This document shows, piece by piece, positions 9,479 through 18,782 of a stretch of 44,694 nt of DNA (its first letter is position 1; every line of letters starts with the position of its first letter). The DNA is from Candidatus Roizmanbacteria bacterium RIFCSPLOWO2_01_FULL_40_14 (GTDB taxonomy: Bacteria; Patescibacteriota; Microgenomatia; GCA-001788215; 2-01-FULL-40-14): positions 184 to 44,877 of the forward strand of contig MGAO01000032.1 in assembly GCA_001788215.1 (NCBI GenBank), written 5' to 3'. The notes below the pieces were generated by a model, which saw nothing but the letters and a program-made list of their open reading frames with translations, did no database searches and was not told the DNA's origin. Both the position numbers and the translations under genes were made by a program.

Positions 9479-10571
9479 TTTTCGAATAGCGCTTATTTAC
9501 GACCGGATAAATAAGTGGGGTGGGGCGGAGCGGGTTCTTTTGACGCTGCACGAACTATTTCCCGACGCACCGTTATACACCGCTGTCCATGATAAAGAAT
9601 CGGCTTCCTGGGCAAACGTATTTAATATACACACCTCATTTTTGCAGAAATTTCCCTTTGCGACAAAACATCATGAGTGGTACCCGTGGCTGACGCCTCT
9701 CGCATTTGAATCGTTTAATTTTGATTCTTTTGACGTCGTATTATCCGTTACCAGTGCAGACGCAAAAGGTATTATAACCAAACCACATACGAAACATATT
9801 TGCTATTGTTTCACGCCGACGCGCTATCTGTGGTCTCATTACGAAACCTATTTTCCGGATCGGCTGAGTCGCACATTCACGAGGCCAATCATTTCATATC
9901 TTCGAAAATGGGATCGTATAGCTGCATCAAGACCGGATCACTATATTGCTATTTCTGAAACGGTAAAAAGTCGTATTAAAAAATATTATCATCGGGATGC
10001 AGAAATTATTTATCCACCTGTTGAAATTCCAAAAAAGACTGTCTTTTCAGATCTGAAAAGACAGTCTTTACCAAAAAATTATTATTTAGTCGTTTCCCGA
10101 TTAGTTCCATATAAACGGGTAGATATTGCAATTAAAGCCTGCAATGAGCTTGGTCTACCATTACTTATTGTTGGTACGGGATCAGATGAAACAAGACTGC
10201 GATCTCTGTCCGGACCGCATATCCAATTCATACATAACTTGACGGATGATGAACTCGCCTGGTATTATCAGCACAGTCAAGCACTTATCTTGCCGCAAGA
10301 AGAGGATTTTGGACTCGTTTCGGTAGAAGCACAATCATACGGAACGCCGGTTATTACATACCAAAAAGGCGGAGGAACAGAGTCTGTTGTCAGGGGGAAA
10401 ACCGGCGAATTTTTTTATCCACAGACAAAAGACGCGCTGAAAAAAACATTAAAAACATTTAAGAAAGTAAACTACAGACCAGAAGATTGTAAAAGAAATG
10501 CTCGAGAGTTTAACGATGAGAAGTTTAAAACGAATATGCAATTAGCCATATCAAAACTAATACACTCATGA
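9462..10571 (+). CDS. Family 4 (GT-B) glycosyltransferase
   Basis: FRIALIYDRINKWGGAERVLLTLHELFPDAPLYT...YYLVVSRLVPYKRVD...PQEEDFGLVSVEAQSYGTPVI. The start is set at MSKKSNF (9462). Confidence 0.85.
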   Translation: MSKKSNFRIALIYDRINKWGGAERVLLTLHELFPDAPLYTAVHDKESASWANVFNIHTSFLQKFPFATKHHEWYPWLTPLAFESFNFDSFDVVLSVTSADAKGIITKPHTKHICYCFTPTRYLWSHYETYFPDRLSRTFTRPIISYLRKWDRIAASRPDHYIAISETVKSRIKKYYHRDAEIIYPPVEIPKKTVFSDLKRQSLPKNYYLVVSRLVPYKRVDIAIKACNELGLPLLIVGTGSDETRLRSLSGPHIQFIHNLTDDELAWYYQHSQALILPQEEDFGLVSVEAQSYGTPVITYQKGGGTESVVRGKTGEFFYPQTKDALKKTLKTFKKVNYRPEDCKRNAREFNDEKFKTNMQLAISKLIHS

Positions 10572-11653
10572 ATATAGTCGTTTTTGCGGGGGGAGTCGGT
10601 ACGAGACTGTGGCCGCTTTCACGTAAAAAAACTCCCAAACAGTTTGAACAGATTGTGGGCGATAAATCGACGCTTCAACTTGCTGTTGAGCGTTTGTTGC
10701 CTTCATTTGACACAAAACATATGTTTATTTCCACAAATAGGGAATACGTCCCGACCGTTTTATCACAATTGAAAATGATTCTCAAGGATAACATCATCGG
10801 CGAACCTGAAATGCGGGATGTGGGACCTGCGGTTGGACTTGCGACAGCAATCTTGGCAAAAATCGATCCAGAATCACCCATGGCCATTGTATGGAGTGAT
10901 CATCTGGTAAAGCAGGAAGATCTCTTTCGGAAAATATTAACTATCTCCCAAAAACTCATAGAACAACATCCAAACAAAATAGTATTTATATCTCAGAAAC
11001 CGAGATTCGCAAGTCAAAATCTTGGGTGGATACAGTATGGATCAACCGTAAAAACGGTTGAGGGGATTAACTTTCATACATTTGAAGATTTTAAATATCG
11101 TCCGGACCCAGAAACAGCAGAGAGATATTTTGCAAGTGGTCATCACGCATGGAACGTTGGTTACTTTGTAACAACGCCCAAATATCTTTTTTCAAAATAC
11201 AAACAGTTTGTTCCGGACATGTATGAAAAACTGAAGGAAATCCAATCATCGTGGGGAACAAACAAATGGGATGAAACCGTTAACACTCTGTATCCATCTT
11301 TGATAAAAATACATTTTGACAATGCAATTCTTGAGCGATTGCCGAAAGATGAAGCATTTGTTGTTTCAGAAGACTTAGAATGGAGCGATGTAGGAGCATG
11401 GGAAGCTTTGAAAGAAGCACTGCAAAAAACGTCAACTGATAACGTTACCAGGGGAAATGTCATTCTTGAGGAATGTAATGATAGTCTTGTTTATAACTAT
11501 AATGATAAGCAGCTGCTCATAGCTATAGACACATCAGAGCTTCTCGTCGTTAATACAAGCGATGTAGTTCTGGTTTGTCGCAAAGACTCAGTGCCAAAGA
11601 TCAAAAAACTCGTTGAAGGGTTTTCCGGCACTCAGCATGAGCATCTGACATAA
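10568..11653 (+). CDS. Mannose-1-phosphate guanylyltransferase-like NDP-sugar pyrophosphorylase
   Basis: MNIVVFAGGVGTRLWPLSRKKTPKQF... is a nucleotidyltransferase signature. There is no C-terminal PMI cupin. Confidence 0.85.
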   Translation: MNIVVFAGGVGTRLWPLSRKKTPKQFEQIVGDKSTLQLAVERLLPSFDTKHMFISTNREYVPTVLSQLKMILKDNIIGEPEMRDVGPAVGLATAILAKIDPESPMAIVWSDHLVKQEDLFRKILTISQKLIEQHPNKIVFISQKPRFASQNLGWIQYGSTVKTVEGINFHTFEDFKYRPDPETAERYFASGHHAWNVGYFVTTPKYLFSKYKQFVPDMYEKLKEIQSSWGTNKWDETVNTLYPSLIKIHFDNAILERLPKDEAFVVSEDLEWSDVGAWEALKEALQKTSTDNVTRGNVILEECNDSLVYNYNDKQLLIAIDTSELLVVNTSDVVLVCRKDSVPKIKKLVEGFSGTQHEHLT

Positions 11654-11673
11654 TTTCCTCAACGATCTTCACC

Positions 11674-12333
11674 GTGGAACACACATTATCACCGACATAC
11701 TATGAACAAATTAAACGGATGATTGATCTTGTCGGTTCCTCATTACTTATTATGCTGTTTCTACCTATATGTCTTATGACAATAGTCTTAATTACATTAA
11801 CGAGTAAAGGACCTATTTTTGCAGATACACCTCACCGGGTCGGTAAAAACGGGACATTATTTAAAATGTATAAATTCAGATCAATGATTGTTAACGCACA
11901 TCATCTACTCAGGAATGATCCTAAATATCGTAAACTCTATCAGCAATACAAAAATGATAGCTATAAATTGAAAGAAGATCCGCGAGTTACGCCGATCGGC
12001 AAATTTATCCGGAAACATTCCATTGACGAAATACCGCAATTAATCAATGTCATACGCGGAGAAATGAGTCTGGTTGGGCCGCGTGCATATTATGCTGACG
12101 AATTGGCCGATCAGCAAAAGAAATATCCGGAGACAAAGCAACTGGTGGCCGAAGTGCTGTCGATTAGGCCGGGTATTACCGGTGCGTGGCAGGTTTCCGG
12201 ACGAAGCGAGGTAAAATTTGATAAGCGCATCGCCATCGATGCAGCTTATGCGCGAAAGAGATCAATTTGGTATGATATCATAGTTCTTTTAAAGACTCCT
12301 TTCGCCATGATCAGTGGAAAAGGTGCAGTTTAA
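11674..12333 (+). CDS. Polyprenyl-phosphate sugar phosphotransferase (small PglC/WbaP-C type, bacterial sugar transferase family)
   Basis: One N-terminal re-entrant helix, then KMYKFRSM...DEIPQLINVIRGEMSLVGPRA...RPGITGAWQVSGRS. Confidence 0.9.
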   Translation: MEHTLSPTYYEQIKRMIDLVGSSLLIMLFLPICLMTIVLITLTSKGPIFADTPHRVGKNGTLFKMYKFRSMIVNAHHLLRNDPKYRKLYQQYKNDSYKLKEDPRVTPIGKFIRKHSIDEIPQLINVIRGEMSLVGPRAYYADELADQQKKYPETKQLVAEVLSIRPGITGAWQVSGRSEVKFDKRIAIDAAYARKRSIWYDIIVLLKTPFAMISGKGAV

Positions 12334-12359
12334 AAAATAATACGATATACTAAACACTT

Positions 12360-14420
12360 ATGGCAGAAGACTTTACACTTAAGAAACTGGGAGCAGAGAA
12401 CAAAGAACCAATCGTAAAGCGGAAATCACCGGGTGATATGATGAAAAGTTATATCAGTGCTGATATCCCTAAATTACACAAGAGCAGCATCAATAAGATA
12501 ACAGTCAGTCTGCCGAAACAAGATACTATGGTGACCAAAAGTAATAGAGGTAAAAAAAAACCGTGGGTTAAGCGAGTTATGCGAGTAGCATTGATCGTAT
12601 TGTTATTATTCGTCGTTCTTGCTGTTGCCATTGCATTACCGGCTCGCAAGATCGTGAAAGAGGCGCAGGATGTTACCCGGGTGGGTACAGAAGCTTTAGA
12701 AGCATTGAAAATGCAGGATCTTGAGCAGACGAAAGTAAAGCTTACCGAAACAAAGAAAGAATTGACAGAGCTTCAAAATTCCTACAAATCTCTTTCCTGG
12801 ACAAAAATTATTCCACTCGTTGGCGGCTATTATCGTGATGGTGAGCATGGGATGAATGCGGCACAGGAGTTTATAACAGCCGGTGATATTGCCGTTACTG
12901 AAATCACCCCCTATGCAGATCTTCTGGGATTTTCTGAAGGTGAATCTTCCTTTGTTGATCAGCCAGCAGACAAGCGCATCGAAACAGCAATTGCAACATT
13001 TGATAAAGTAACACCGAAAATAGGCGAAATTTCACAGCATCTCGACGCAGGAAGCAAAGAGCTTGATCAAATAAACCCAAAAAGATATCCAAAAAAGTTC
13101 CAGGGTAAAGAAATCCGATCGAAGATTGAGGCGGTCCAATCACTTTCTCATGATACTATTGACCTCTTTGTAAACGCTCAGCCACTTCTTGAAATACTCC
13201 CTGAACTTATGGGTATGGAAGAAGAGAAACGTTATTTGCTTCTGTTCCAAAATGATAAAGAATTGCGGCCAACCGGAGGGTTTATCACGGCGTATGCAGT
13301 CCTCATATTTGACAAAGGAAAAATGCGCGTTGAAAATTCTTCAAATATTTATGATCTCGACGATCGACAGAAAACTAATATAAAAGCTCCCGAAGAGATT
13401 CTTACGTATCATAAAGGTGTCTATTACGCATATCTGCGTGACAGTAATCTATCCCCTGACTTTTATGAAAGCATGCAAATGTTTGAGGAACTCTTACAGA
13501 ATGTTTCTAATCCACCTAAATACGATGGTATTATTGCGCTGGATACCGAAGTTCTCGTGGCAACCATGGATGTTCTTGAGGGGGATATATTTGTACCGGA
13601 ATATGGCGAGAACTTTACCACAAAACCCGATGATCGATGTGATGGATGTCCGATGGTAATTTATGAGCTTTCAGACTATGCCGGCCGTCGCGTCGGTCAC
13701 GTACGTGACAATAGAAAGGATGTTCTTGGAAAACTTATGTTTGCCTTGATGCAAAAAGCATTGGGTGTTTCACCCAGTCAATACTGGGGTTCTCTCATGC
13801 AGACTTTTTTTGATCAGATAAATGAAAAACACATCTTGTTTTATATGAAAGATGGACCCACTCAACAGGCGCTTGAAGCAGTTGATTTTGCAGGACGCAT
13901 TAAAGAATACGATGCAGATTATCTTCACATCAACGACTCAAATATGGCCGGGGCAAAATCAAACCTGTTTGTTCAGCATACAGTAACGCAAGATATAGCA
14001 GTAGAGAATGATCGTACGGTTACGAAAACTATTACTATTGATTATAAAAATCCTTCAGAGCCGTCAGATTGTAATATCATGAATGAAGGATTGTGTCTCA
14101 ATGGACTTCTTCGCAATTGGCTCAGAATTTATGTGCCGAAAGGATCAGAACTGGTCAGTTTTGAAGGATCGGAAACTGAAGTAGTGACCAAAGAAGATCT
14201 GGGAAAGACCGTATTTGAAGGATTTATGACGGTTGCGCCGAAAGGTTCTTCTCAAGTGGTCGTCAAATATAAATTGCCGTTTAAAGCAGATAACGAATAT
14301 CGTATGCTTATTCAGAAACAACCCGGCACTAAAGGACACGAATATATCATCAAAATTAATGGAAGAGAAAAAGAAACATTCAACTTGACGACTGACAAGG
14401 AAGTGCGATACGATCTATAA
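12360..14420 (+). CDS. DUF4012-domain membrane-anchored protein
   Basis: Single N-terminal TM helix, a coiled-coil segment, then RYLLLFQNDKELRPTGGFITAYAVLIFDKGKM, typical of DUF4012. Confidence 0.8.
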   Translation: MAEDFTLKKLGAENKEPIVKRKSPGDMMKSYISADIPKLHKSSINKITVSLPKQDTMVTKSNRGKKKPWVKRVMRVALIVLLLFVVLAVAIALPARKIVKEAQDVTRVGTEALEALKMQDLEQTKVKLTETKKELTELQNSYKSLSWTKIIPLVGGYYRDGEHGMNAAQEFITAGDIAVTEITPYADLLGFSEGESSFVDQPADKRIETAIATFDKVTPKIGEISQHLDAGSKELDQINPKRYPKKFQGKEIRSKIEAVQSLSHDTIDLFVNAQPLLEILPELMGMEEEKRYLLLFQNDKELRPTGGFITAYAVLIFDKGKMRVENSSNIYDLDDRQKTNIKAPEEILTYHKGVYYAYLRDSNLSPDFYESMQMFEELLQNVSNPPKYDGIIALDTEVLVATMDVLEGDIFVPEYGENFTTKPDDRCDGCPMVIYELSDYAGRRVGHVRDNRKDVLGKLMFALMQKALGVSPSQYWGSLMQTFFDQINEKHILFYMKDGPTQQALEAVDFAGRIKEYDADYLHINDSNMAGAKSNLFVQHTVTQDIAVENDRTVTKTITIDYKNPSEPSDCNIMNEGLCLNGLLRNWLRIYVPKGSELVSFEGSETEVVTKEDLGKTVFEGFMTVAPKGSSQVVVKYKLPFKADNEYRMLIQKQPGTKGHEYIIKINGREKETFNLTTDKEVRYDL

Positions 14421-14425
14421 TCGGT

Positions 14426-14947
14426 ATGAAAAAATACACCGTACACGGTATTATCGTTAAACGTCGAGAGCACAAAGAAACTGATAAAATCGTAACGATT
14501 GTTACGAAACAACAGGGTAAGCTGTCCGTTCTCGCAAAGGGTATACGCAAAGTGACGAGCAGACGTGGTCCGAGCCTCGAACTATTTAATGAAGTTATTC
14601 TGACACTCCACCGTGCTCATTTTCTCGATATAGTAACTGAAGTAACCGTGGTGAATGCATACAGCAGAATTAGAAATGATTTACAGCGCGTATCGGCGGC
14701 TTATGAGCTATGTGAAATTGCTGATATTCTGACTCGTGAGCATCAAGAACAGCAGGAAGTATTTGATTTGCTCTGTGCTCATCTGCATCGGCTCAACGTG
14801 GGAGACCTTGATTGCCTATATGAATTTAAGCGTGATATATTAATGACATTGGGTTTTTTATCGGACGAAGAAGCATTGATTGAATTTGATGAATATATCG
14901 AGCAAATAGCCGAACGCCGGCTGTATGCTCCCAAAATTTATGAATAA
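14426..14947 (+). CDS. recO: DNA repair protein RecO (short form, 173 aa)
   Basis: The N-terminal OB-fold region HGIIVKRREHKETDKIVTIVTKQQGKLSVLAKGIRK matches RecO. No CxxC zinc-finger pairs are present. Confidence 0.7.
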   Translation: MKKYTVHGIIVKRREHKETDKIVTIVTKQQGKLSVLAKGIRKVTSRRGPSLELFNEVILTLHRAHFLDIVTEVTVVNAYSRIRNDLQRVSAAYELCEIADILTREHQEQQEVFDLLCAHLHRLNVGDLDCLYEFKRDILMTLGFLSDEEALIEFDEYIEQIAERRLYAPKIYE

Positions 14948-15404
14948 AAATTTATTGATTGGCGGAGGCATTGTTGTCCTCATTCTCAGTGGTTTTTTTG
15001 TTTTTCGCATGATAAGTAGTGGTGAAATAGCTGAGGAAGAGATTACGCCGACTCCCACGCCTACACCGGCTTATCAAGAAGTGGATGACAGTGTAGAAGC
15101 AGAGATTACTATGCAACCGAATGGGAAAAATGTTGATATTACCATTACCGGCCTGGACGGTAGATTTGAATCAATGGAGTATGAGCTTTCCTATGATACC
15201 GATAAAGGACCAAAAGGTGTTATTGGGAAAATGCCATTAAAAGCAGGACAGGATAGCGTCGAGAGAGAAGAGCGACTGGGCACTTGTTCAACGGGAGGAA
15301 AATGTACCGATCATACCGGTGTTGAAAACTTTAAGCTTGTCGTAAAATTCTACACCGCAGACGACGAAGTATTTATTCTGGAAAAAGATTTTGAAGAAGT
15401 ATAA
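14925..15404 (+). CDS. Hypothetical N-terminally anchored extracytoplasmic protein with a TPTPTPTP linker
   Basis: TM helix LLIGGGIVVLILSGFFVF followed by a Thr/Pro linker and a ~100-aa domain. An alternative start is ATG 14940. Confidence 0.5.
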   Translation: MLPKFMNKNLLIGGGIVVLILSGFFVFRMISSGEIAEEEITPTPTPTPAYQEVDDSVEAEITMQPNGKNVDITITGLDGRFESMEYELSYDTDKGPKGVIGKMPLKAGQDSVEREERLGTCSTGGKCTDHTGVENFKLVVKFYTADDEVFILEKDFEEV

Positions 15405-15524
15405 CCTCTCTATACTACTCCTCAACGGGATTTTGACATCTTCTTTCCCCAAATGATTTCTAACTGCATTATTTAGCCAAGAGTAATTATGGTGCTGGTG
15501 ATAATTGATCCACTATATCCAGTG

Positions 15525-15553
15525 TTGACAGGGGATCCGAAGTGGTTTATTAT
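15525..15553 (+). promoter_or_regulatory. Candidate sigma-70-type promoter of the dcw operon (TTGACA-17 nt-TATTAT)
   Basis: TTGACA at 15525-15530 and TATTAT at 15548-15553 with a 17-nt spacer, 25 nt upstream of the mraZ ATG. Confidence 0.55.
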
Positions 15554-15566
15554 GGTTGAAAGTGGT
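15539..15566 (+). promoter_or_regulatory. Candidate MraZ operator, three direct repeats at 10-bp phasing
   Basis: AGTGGT (15541), TATGGT (15551) and AGTGGT (15561). The last repeat reads AAAGTGG. A further AGTG lies at 15521. The repeats overlap the -10 element and the predicted transcription start. Confidence 0.5.
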
Positions 15567-15577
15567 GGAAGAAAGAT

Positions 15578-15979
15578 ATGTTTCTCGGAAAATACGAAGC
15601 AGCACTGGGAGAAAAGAAACGAATTACTCTTCCGTCAAAAATTGTTAAGTACCTTACCAAACAGAGCGTTGTCATCGGAAAAGGGTTTGAAACGTGCATT
15701 TATGGATACGAACTTGGTGCGTGGGAGTCATCGACTCGGCAATACATTGATGCGCCGCTTCTTGATAAAAAAGCACGGAGCGTGCGAAGATTTATATTTT
15801 CAAATTCGGTTGTTGTACCCTTTGATAAGCAAAGCAGAATCGTTATTCCACCCTTTCTGATCGATTACGCAGGGCTGTCAAAAGAAATAATAGTGGTGGG
15901 AAGTGGTGATCATTTTGAAATATGGGATAGCCTGAAATGGCAGAAAGAATGGGAACGACTGGAGTCTATCGATGAATGA
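15578..15979 (+). CDS. mraZ: Transcriptional regulator MraZ
   Basis: MFLGKYEAALGEKKRITLPSKI... and a second SpoVT/AbrB-like half DKQSRIVIPPFL. First gene of the dcw cluster. Confidence 0.9.
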   Translation: MFLGKYEAALGEKKRITLPSKIVKYLTKQSVVIGKGFETCIYGYELGAWESSTRQYIDAPLLDKKARSVRRFIFSNSVVVPFDKQSRIVIPPFLIDYAGLSKEIIVVGSGDHFEIWDSLKWQKEWERLESIDE

Positions 15980-16811
15980 CCATACACCAGTACTTTTACA
16001 AGAAGTTATCGAAGCGCTTAACGTTCAACCAGGGAAGAAATATATTGATGCAACGGTGGGAATGGGAGGACATGCACGAGAGATTGTCAAGAAAGGTGGA
16101 ATTGTTTTGGGGATAGATCGTGATCAAGAATCGCTGGATCAATTACGAGTTAACGAATCCCAATTTCACCTTGCTCACGGCAGTTTTCGAGACATCAAGG
16201 AAATTGCATACTCTCAGAACTTCGTTCCGGTTGATGGAATTCTTTTTGATCTTGGCTTTTCAAGCTGGCAGTTAGACAAAGCTGGTCGCGGATTTAGCTT
16301 TATGAAAGATGAGCCACTTGACCTGCGATTTGATCGGAATACTATACAAATAACCGCTTCTGAAATTTTGAATACGTATTCCCGAGAAGAATTAACGGCA
16401 CTCTTTGCACGATACGGAGAACTTGAAGAAGCAGGAAAAATTTCAGAACTCGTGGTGAGGAATCGACCGATCAAAAAGACCAGCCAGCTCAATGCAGTGA
16501 TTGCAAAAGATCTTACCGAGCATATGGTATATCGATTGCTCGCACGTATATATCAGGCGCTTCGTATAGCCGTGAATGAAGAATTACGTCATATTGAAAT
16601 TGGACTGCTGGAATCAATTGATTTACTGTGTCCCGGTGGACGATTGTGTGTCATCAGTTTTCACTCGCTGGAAGACCGAATTGTAAAATTAGCTTTTAAC
16701 GATTCTCGGCTGAGAGGGATAACAAAGAAACCGATTACTGCATCGAAAGAAGAAATACATCAAAATTCACGAGCGAGAAGCACAAAATTGCGCATTGCAG
16801 AAAAAATATGA
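15972..16811 (+). CDS. rsmH: 16S rRNA (cytosine1402-N4)-methyltransferase RsmH (MraW)
   Basis: HTPVLLQEVIEALNVQPGKKYIDATVGMGGHAREI...DLGFSSWQLD...SFHSLEDRIVK. Confidence 0.95.
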   Translation: MNDHTPVLLQEVIEALNVQPGKKYIDATVGMGGHAREIVKKGGIVLGIDRDQESLDQLRVNESQFHLAHGSFRDIKEIAYSQNFVPVDGILFDLGFSSWQLDKAGRGFSFMKDEPLDLRFDRNTIQITASEILNTYSREELTALFARYGELEEAGKISELVVRNRPIKKTSQLNAVIAKDLTEHMVYRLLARIYQALRIAVNEELRHIEIGLLESIDLLCPGGRLCVISFHSLEDRIVKLAFNDSRLRGITKKPITASKEEIHQNSRARSTKLRIAEKI

Positions 16812-17083
16812 AAAAAAATATATTGGTCGTACTATCGACCATCATTGTCATCACGCTATTTAGTGGACAACTTATTGTTTCAAATAGGTTAGCTACCATG
16901 GGGGCGGCATTGACTGAAATGGAAGTTCAAACTGACGAACTGCTCAAAGAGAATGAAGAACTCTCTCATCAAATTGCTTCCGATTCCTCTTTGATGGTAG
17001 TATCCAATCGAGCCGCTGAACGAGGATTTTCATCCGCAACGGTACGGTATCTTGAACGACCTGCCTTCGCCTATCAACCATAA
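16808..17083 (+). CDS. ftsL: FtsL-like cell-division protein
   Basis: 91 aa with one TM helix plus a coiled coil, in the canonical position between rsmH and ftsI. ATGA overlap. Confidence 0.6.
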   Translation: MKKNILVVLSTIIVITLFSGQLIVSNRLATMGAALTEMEVQTDELLKENEELSHQIASDSSLMVVSNRAAERGFSSATVRYLERPAFAYQP

Positions 17084-17085
17084 TC

Positions 17086-18756
17086 ATGGTACGTCTTCGT
17101 ATTGTTACGGTTTTAATCGCGGGAGCATTTACTCTCATATGGCTTCGCTTATTTTATTGGCAAGTATTGTCACATGAACTCTTAAGCAACCTAGCTGACA
17201 ATCAACATTTTTTCCGGCTTGAGATTCCTCCGGCGCGCGGAGAGATACGATCACGTGATGGGACTCCTCTGGTTGCCAACCAGACGGCATATCTCGTGTT
17301 TGCCGAAAAAAAATATGTTGACGATATTGAAGAGTATTCTGAAAAATTAGCACCCATTCTTGAAGAGGAAGAAGCTTCCATTTCAGGCTTACTCAATGAA
17401 CACGACGTGTGGGTACCCATAAAGCATCAAGTTGATGAGCAGACGGTTGATAAGATAAAAGAGTTGGAATTGGCAGGTTTAGGTTTTGAACGTGAAGACA
17501 AACGTTTTTATCCTGAAACATCCATGGCGGCGCATTTGCTCGGATTTGTCGGAAAGGATGCGTTAGGGAAGCCGAAAGGATATTTTGGTCTTGAGGGATT
17601 TTATGATAAAGAATTGGCCGGACAACCGGGTTTTTTACTTCAAGAGCGAGACGCCTATGGAAATCCTATTGTTATTGGAAAAATTGATCGAATTGAGCCA
17701 AAACACGGAAGATCGTTAGTGTTGTATCTGGATAAAACGGTCCAGTTTATCGCCGAGACAAAACTAAAGAAAGCGCTTGAAAAATATGGTGCAAAGGCGG
17801 GAAATGTGGTTATTTTGGATCCAAAGACGGGAGGCATTTTAGCATCTGCATCATACCCAAACTACGATCCACTCCTATTTTCCGAATTTCCGGATGAATA
17901 TTATCGTAATCCTATTGTTGCGGATACGTATGAGCCAGGATCGACATTTAAGCCGTTAGTGATGGCAAAGGCCTTTGAACTTAAGAAGCTCAAGCCGACT
18001 GATACCTATGATGAATCGGGGCCGGTTACGGTTTCCGGCTATCAGATCAAAACGTGGAATAGTGAATATCACGGTAAGATTTCCATGTCGGAAATCCTAC
18101 AGTATTCTTCAAACGTCGGCATGGTATATATTTCTAGCATGTTGGGAAAAGATGGTATGCTGAGCCTTCTTTCAGATTTAGGGTTGGGTTCAAAGACGGG
18201 CATTGATTTGCAGGAAGAGGCCGAGACGTTCATGCGTGACGAAAACGAATGGCGCGATATAGATTTAGCAACGACATCATTTGGCCAAGGGATTGCGATA
18301 ACGCCCATACAAATGATTCGTGCTATAGCGGCTATTGCAAATAATGGCGTTCTTATGGAACCTCGTTTAGTAAAAGAAATTGTGTCTGAGGACGGAAAAA
18401 AAATTGAAATACCTCCTAAGGAAACAAGAAGACTCTATTCTGCTCCGACGGCGAAAGTAATTGCGGAGCTCATGGTAGATGCGGTAGAGTATGGCGAGGC
18501 ACAATGGACTGTTACTAAAGGATTTAGAATCGCGGGAAAGACGGGTACAGCACAAATACCGGTCGAAGGCCATTATGATTCTGACAAAACAATTGCATCA
18601 TTTGTCGGCTTTGGTCCGGTTGAAAATCCCCGATTTGTCATGCTTGTTACGTTACGTGAACCCACTTCTTCTCCCTGGGGATCAGAAACGGCCGCTCCGT
18701 TATTTTTTGACATCGCAAACGAACTGTTTCCCTATTTTGGTATGTATCCTCAATAA
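17086..18756 (+). CDS. ftsI: Class B penicillin-binding protein (FtsI/PBP2-type transpeptidase)
   Basis: N-terminal TM helix and a PBP dimerisation region. SxxK (GSTFKP), SxN (YSSNVG) and KTG (AGKTGTA) motifs are present. Confidence 0.9.
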   Translation: MVRLRIVTVLIAGAFTLIWLRLFYWQVLSHELLSNLADNQHFFRLEIPPARGEIRSRDGTPLVANQTAYLVFAEKKYVDDIEEYSEKLAPILEEEEASISGLLNEHDVWVPIKHQVDEQTVDKIKELELAGLGFEREDKRFYPETSMAAHLLGFVGKDALGKPKGYFGLEGFYDKELAGQPGFLLQERDAYGNPIVIGKIDRIEPKHGRSLVLYLDKTVQFIAETKLKKALEKYGAKAGNVVILDPKTGGILASASYPNYDPLLFSEFPDEYYRNPIVADTYEPGSTFKPLVMAKAFELKKLKPTDTYDESGPVTVSGYQIKTWNSEYHGKISMSEILQYSSNVGMVYISSMLGKDGMLSLLSDLGLGSKTGIDLQEEAETFMRDENEWRDIDLATTSFGQGIAITPIQMIRAIAAIANNGVLMEPRLVKEIVSEDGKKIEIPPKETRRLYSAPTAKVIAELMVDAVEYGEAQWTVTKGFRIAGKTGTAQIPVEGHYDSDKTIASFVGFGPVENPRFVMLVTLREPTSSPWGSETAAPLFFDIANELFPYFGMYPQ

Positions 18757-18767
18757 AGACAGTCTTT

Positions 18768-18776
18768 TGTTATAAT
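18768..18776 (+). promoter_or_regulatory. Extended -10 element TGTTATAAT, 6 nt upstream of the murE ATG (leaderless start candidate)
   Basis: TGnTATAAT consensus match at 18768-18776. The ATG is at 18783. No Shine-Dalgarno sequence could fit in the gap. Confidence 0.45.
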
Positions 18777-18782
18777 TGGTTC

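Noticed and set aside
15489-15860. 123-aa ORF overlapping the mraZ promoter and gene
   Set aside because: It lies out of frame over the well-supported mraZ CDS and the promoter/MraZ-box region. It has no recognisable motifs and an odd composition, so it is judged spurious.
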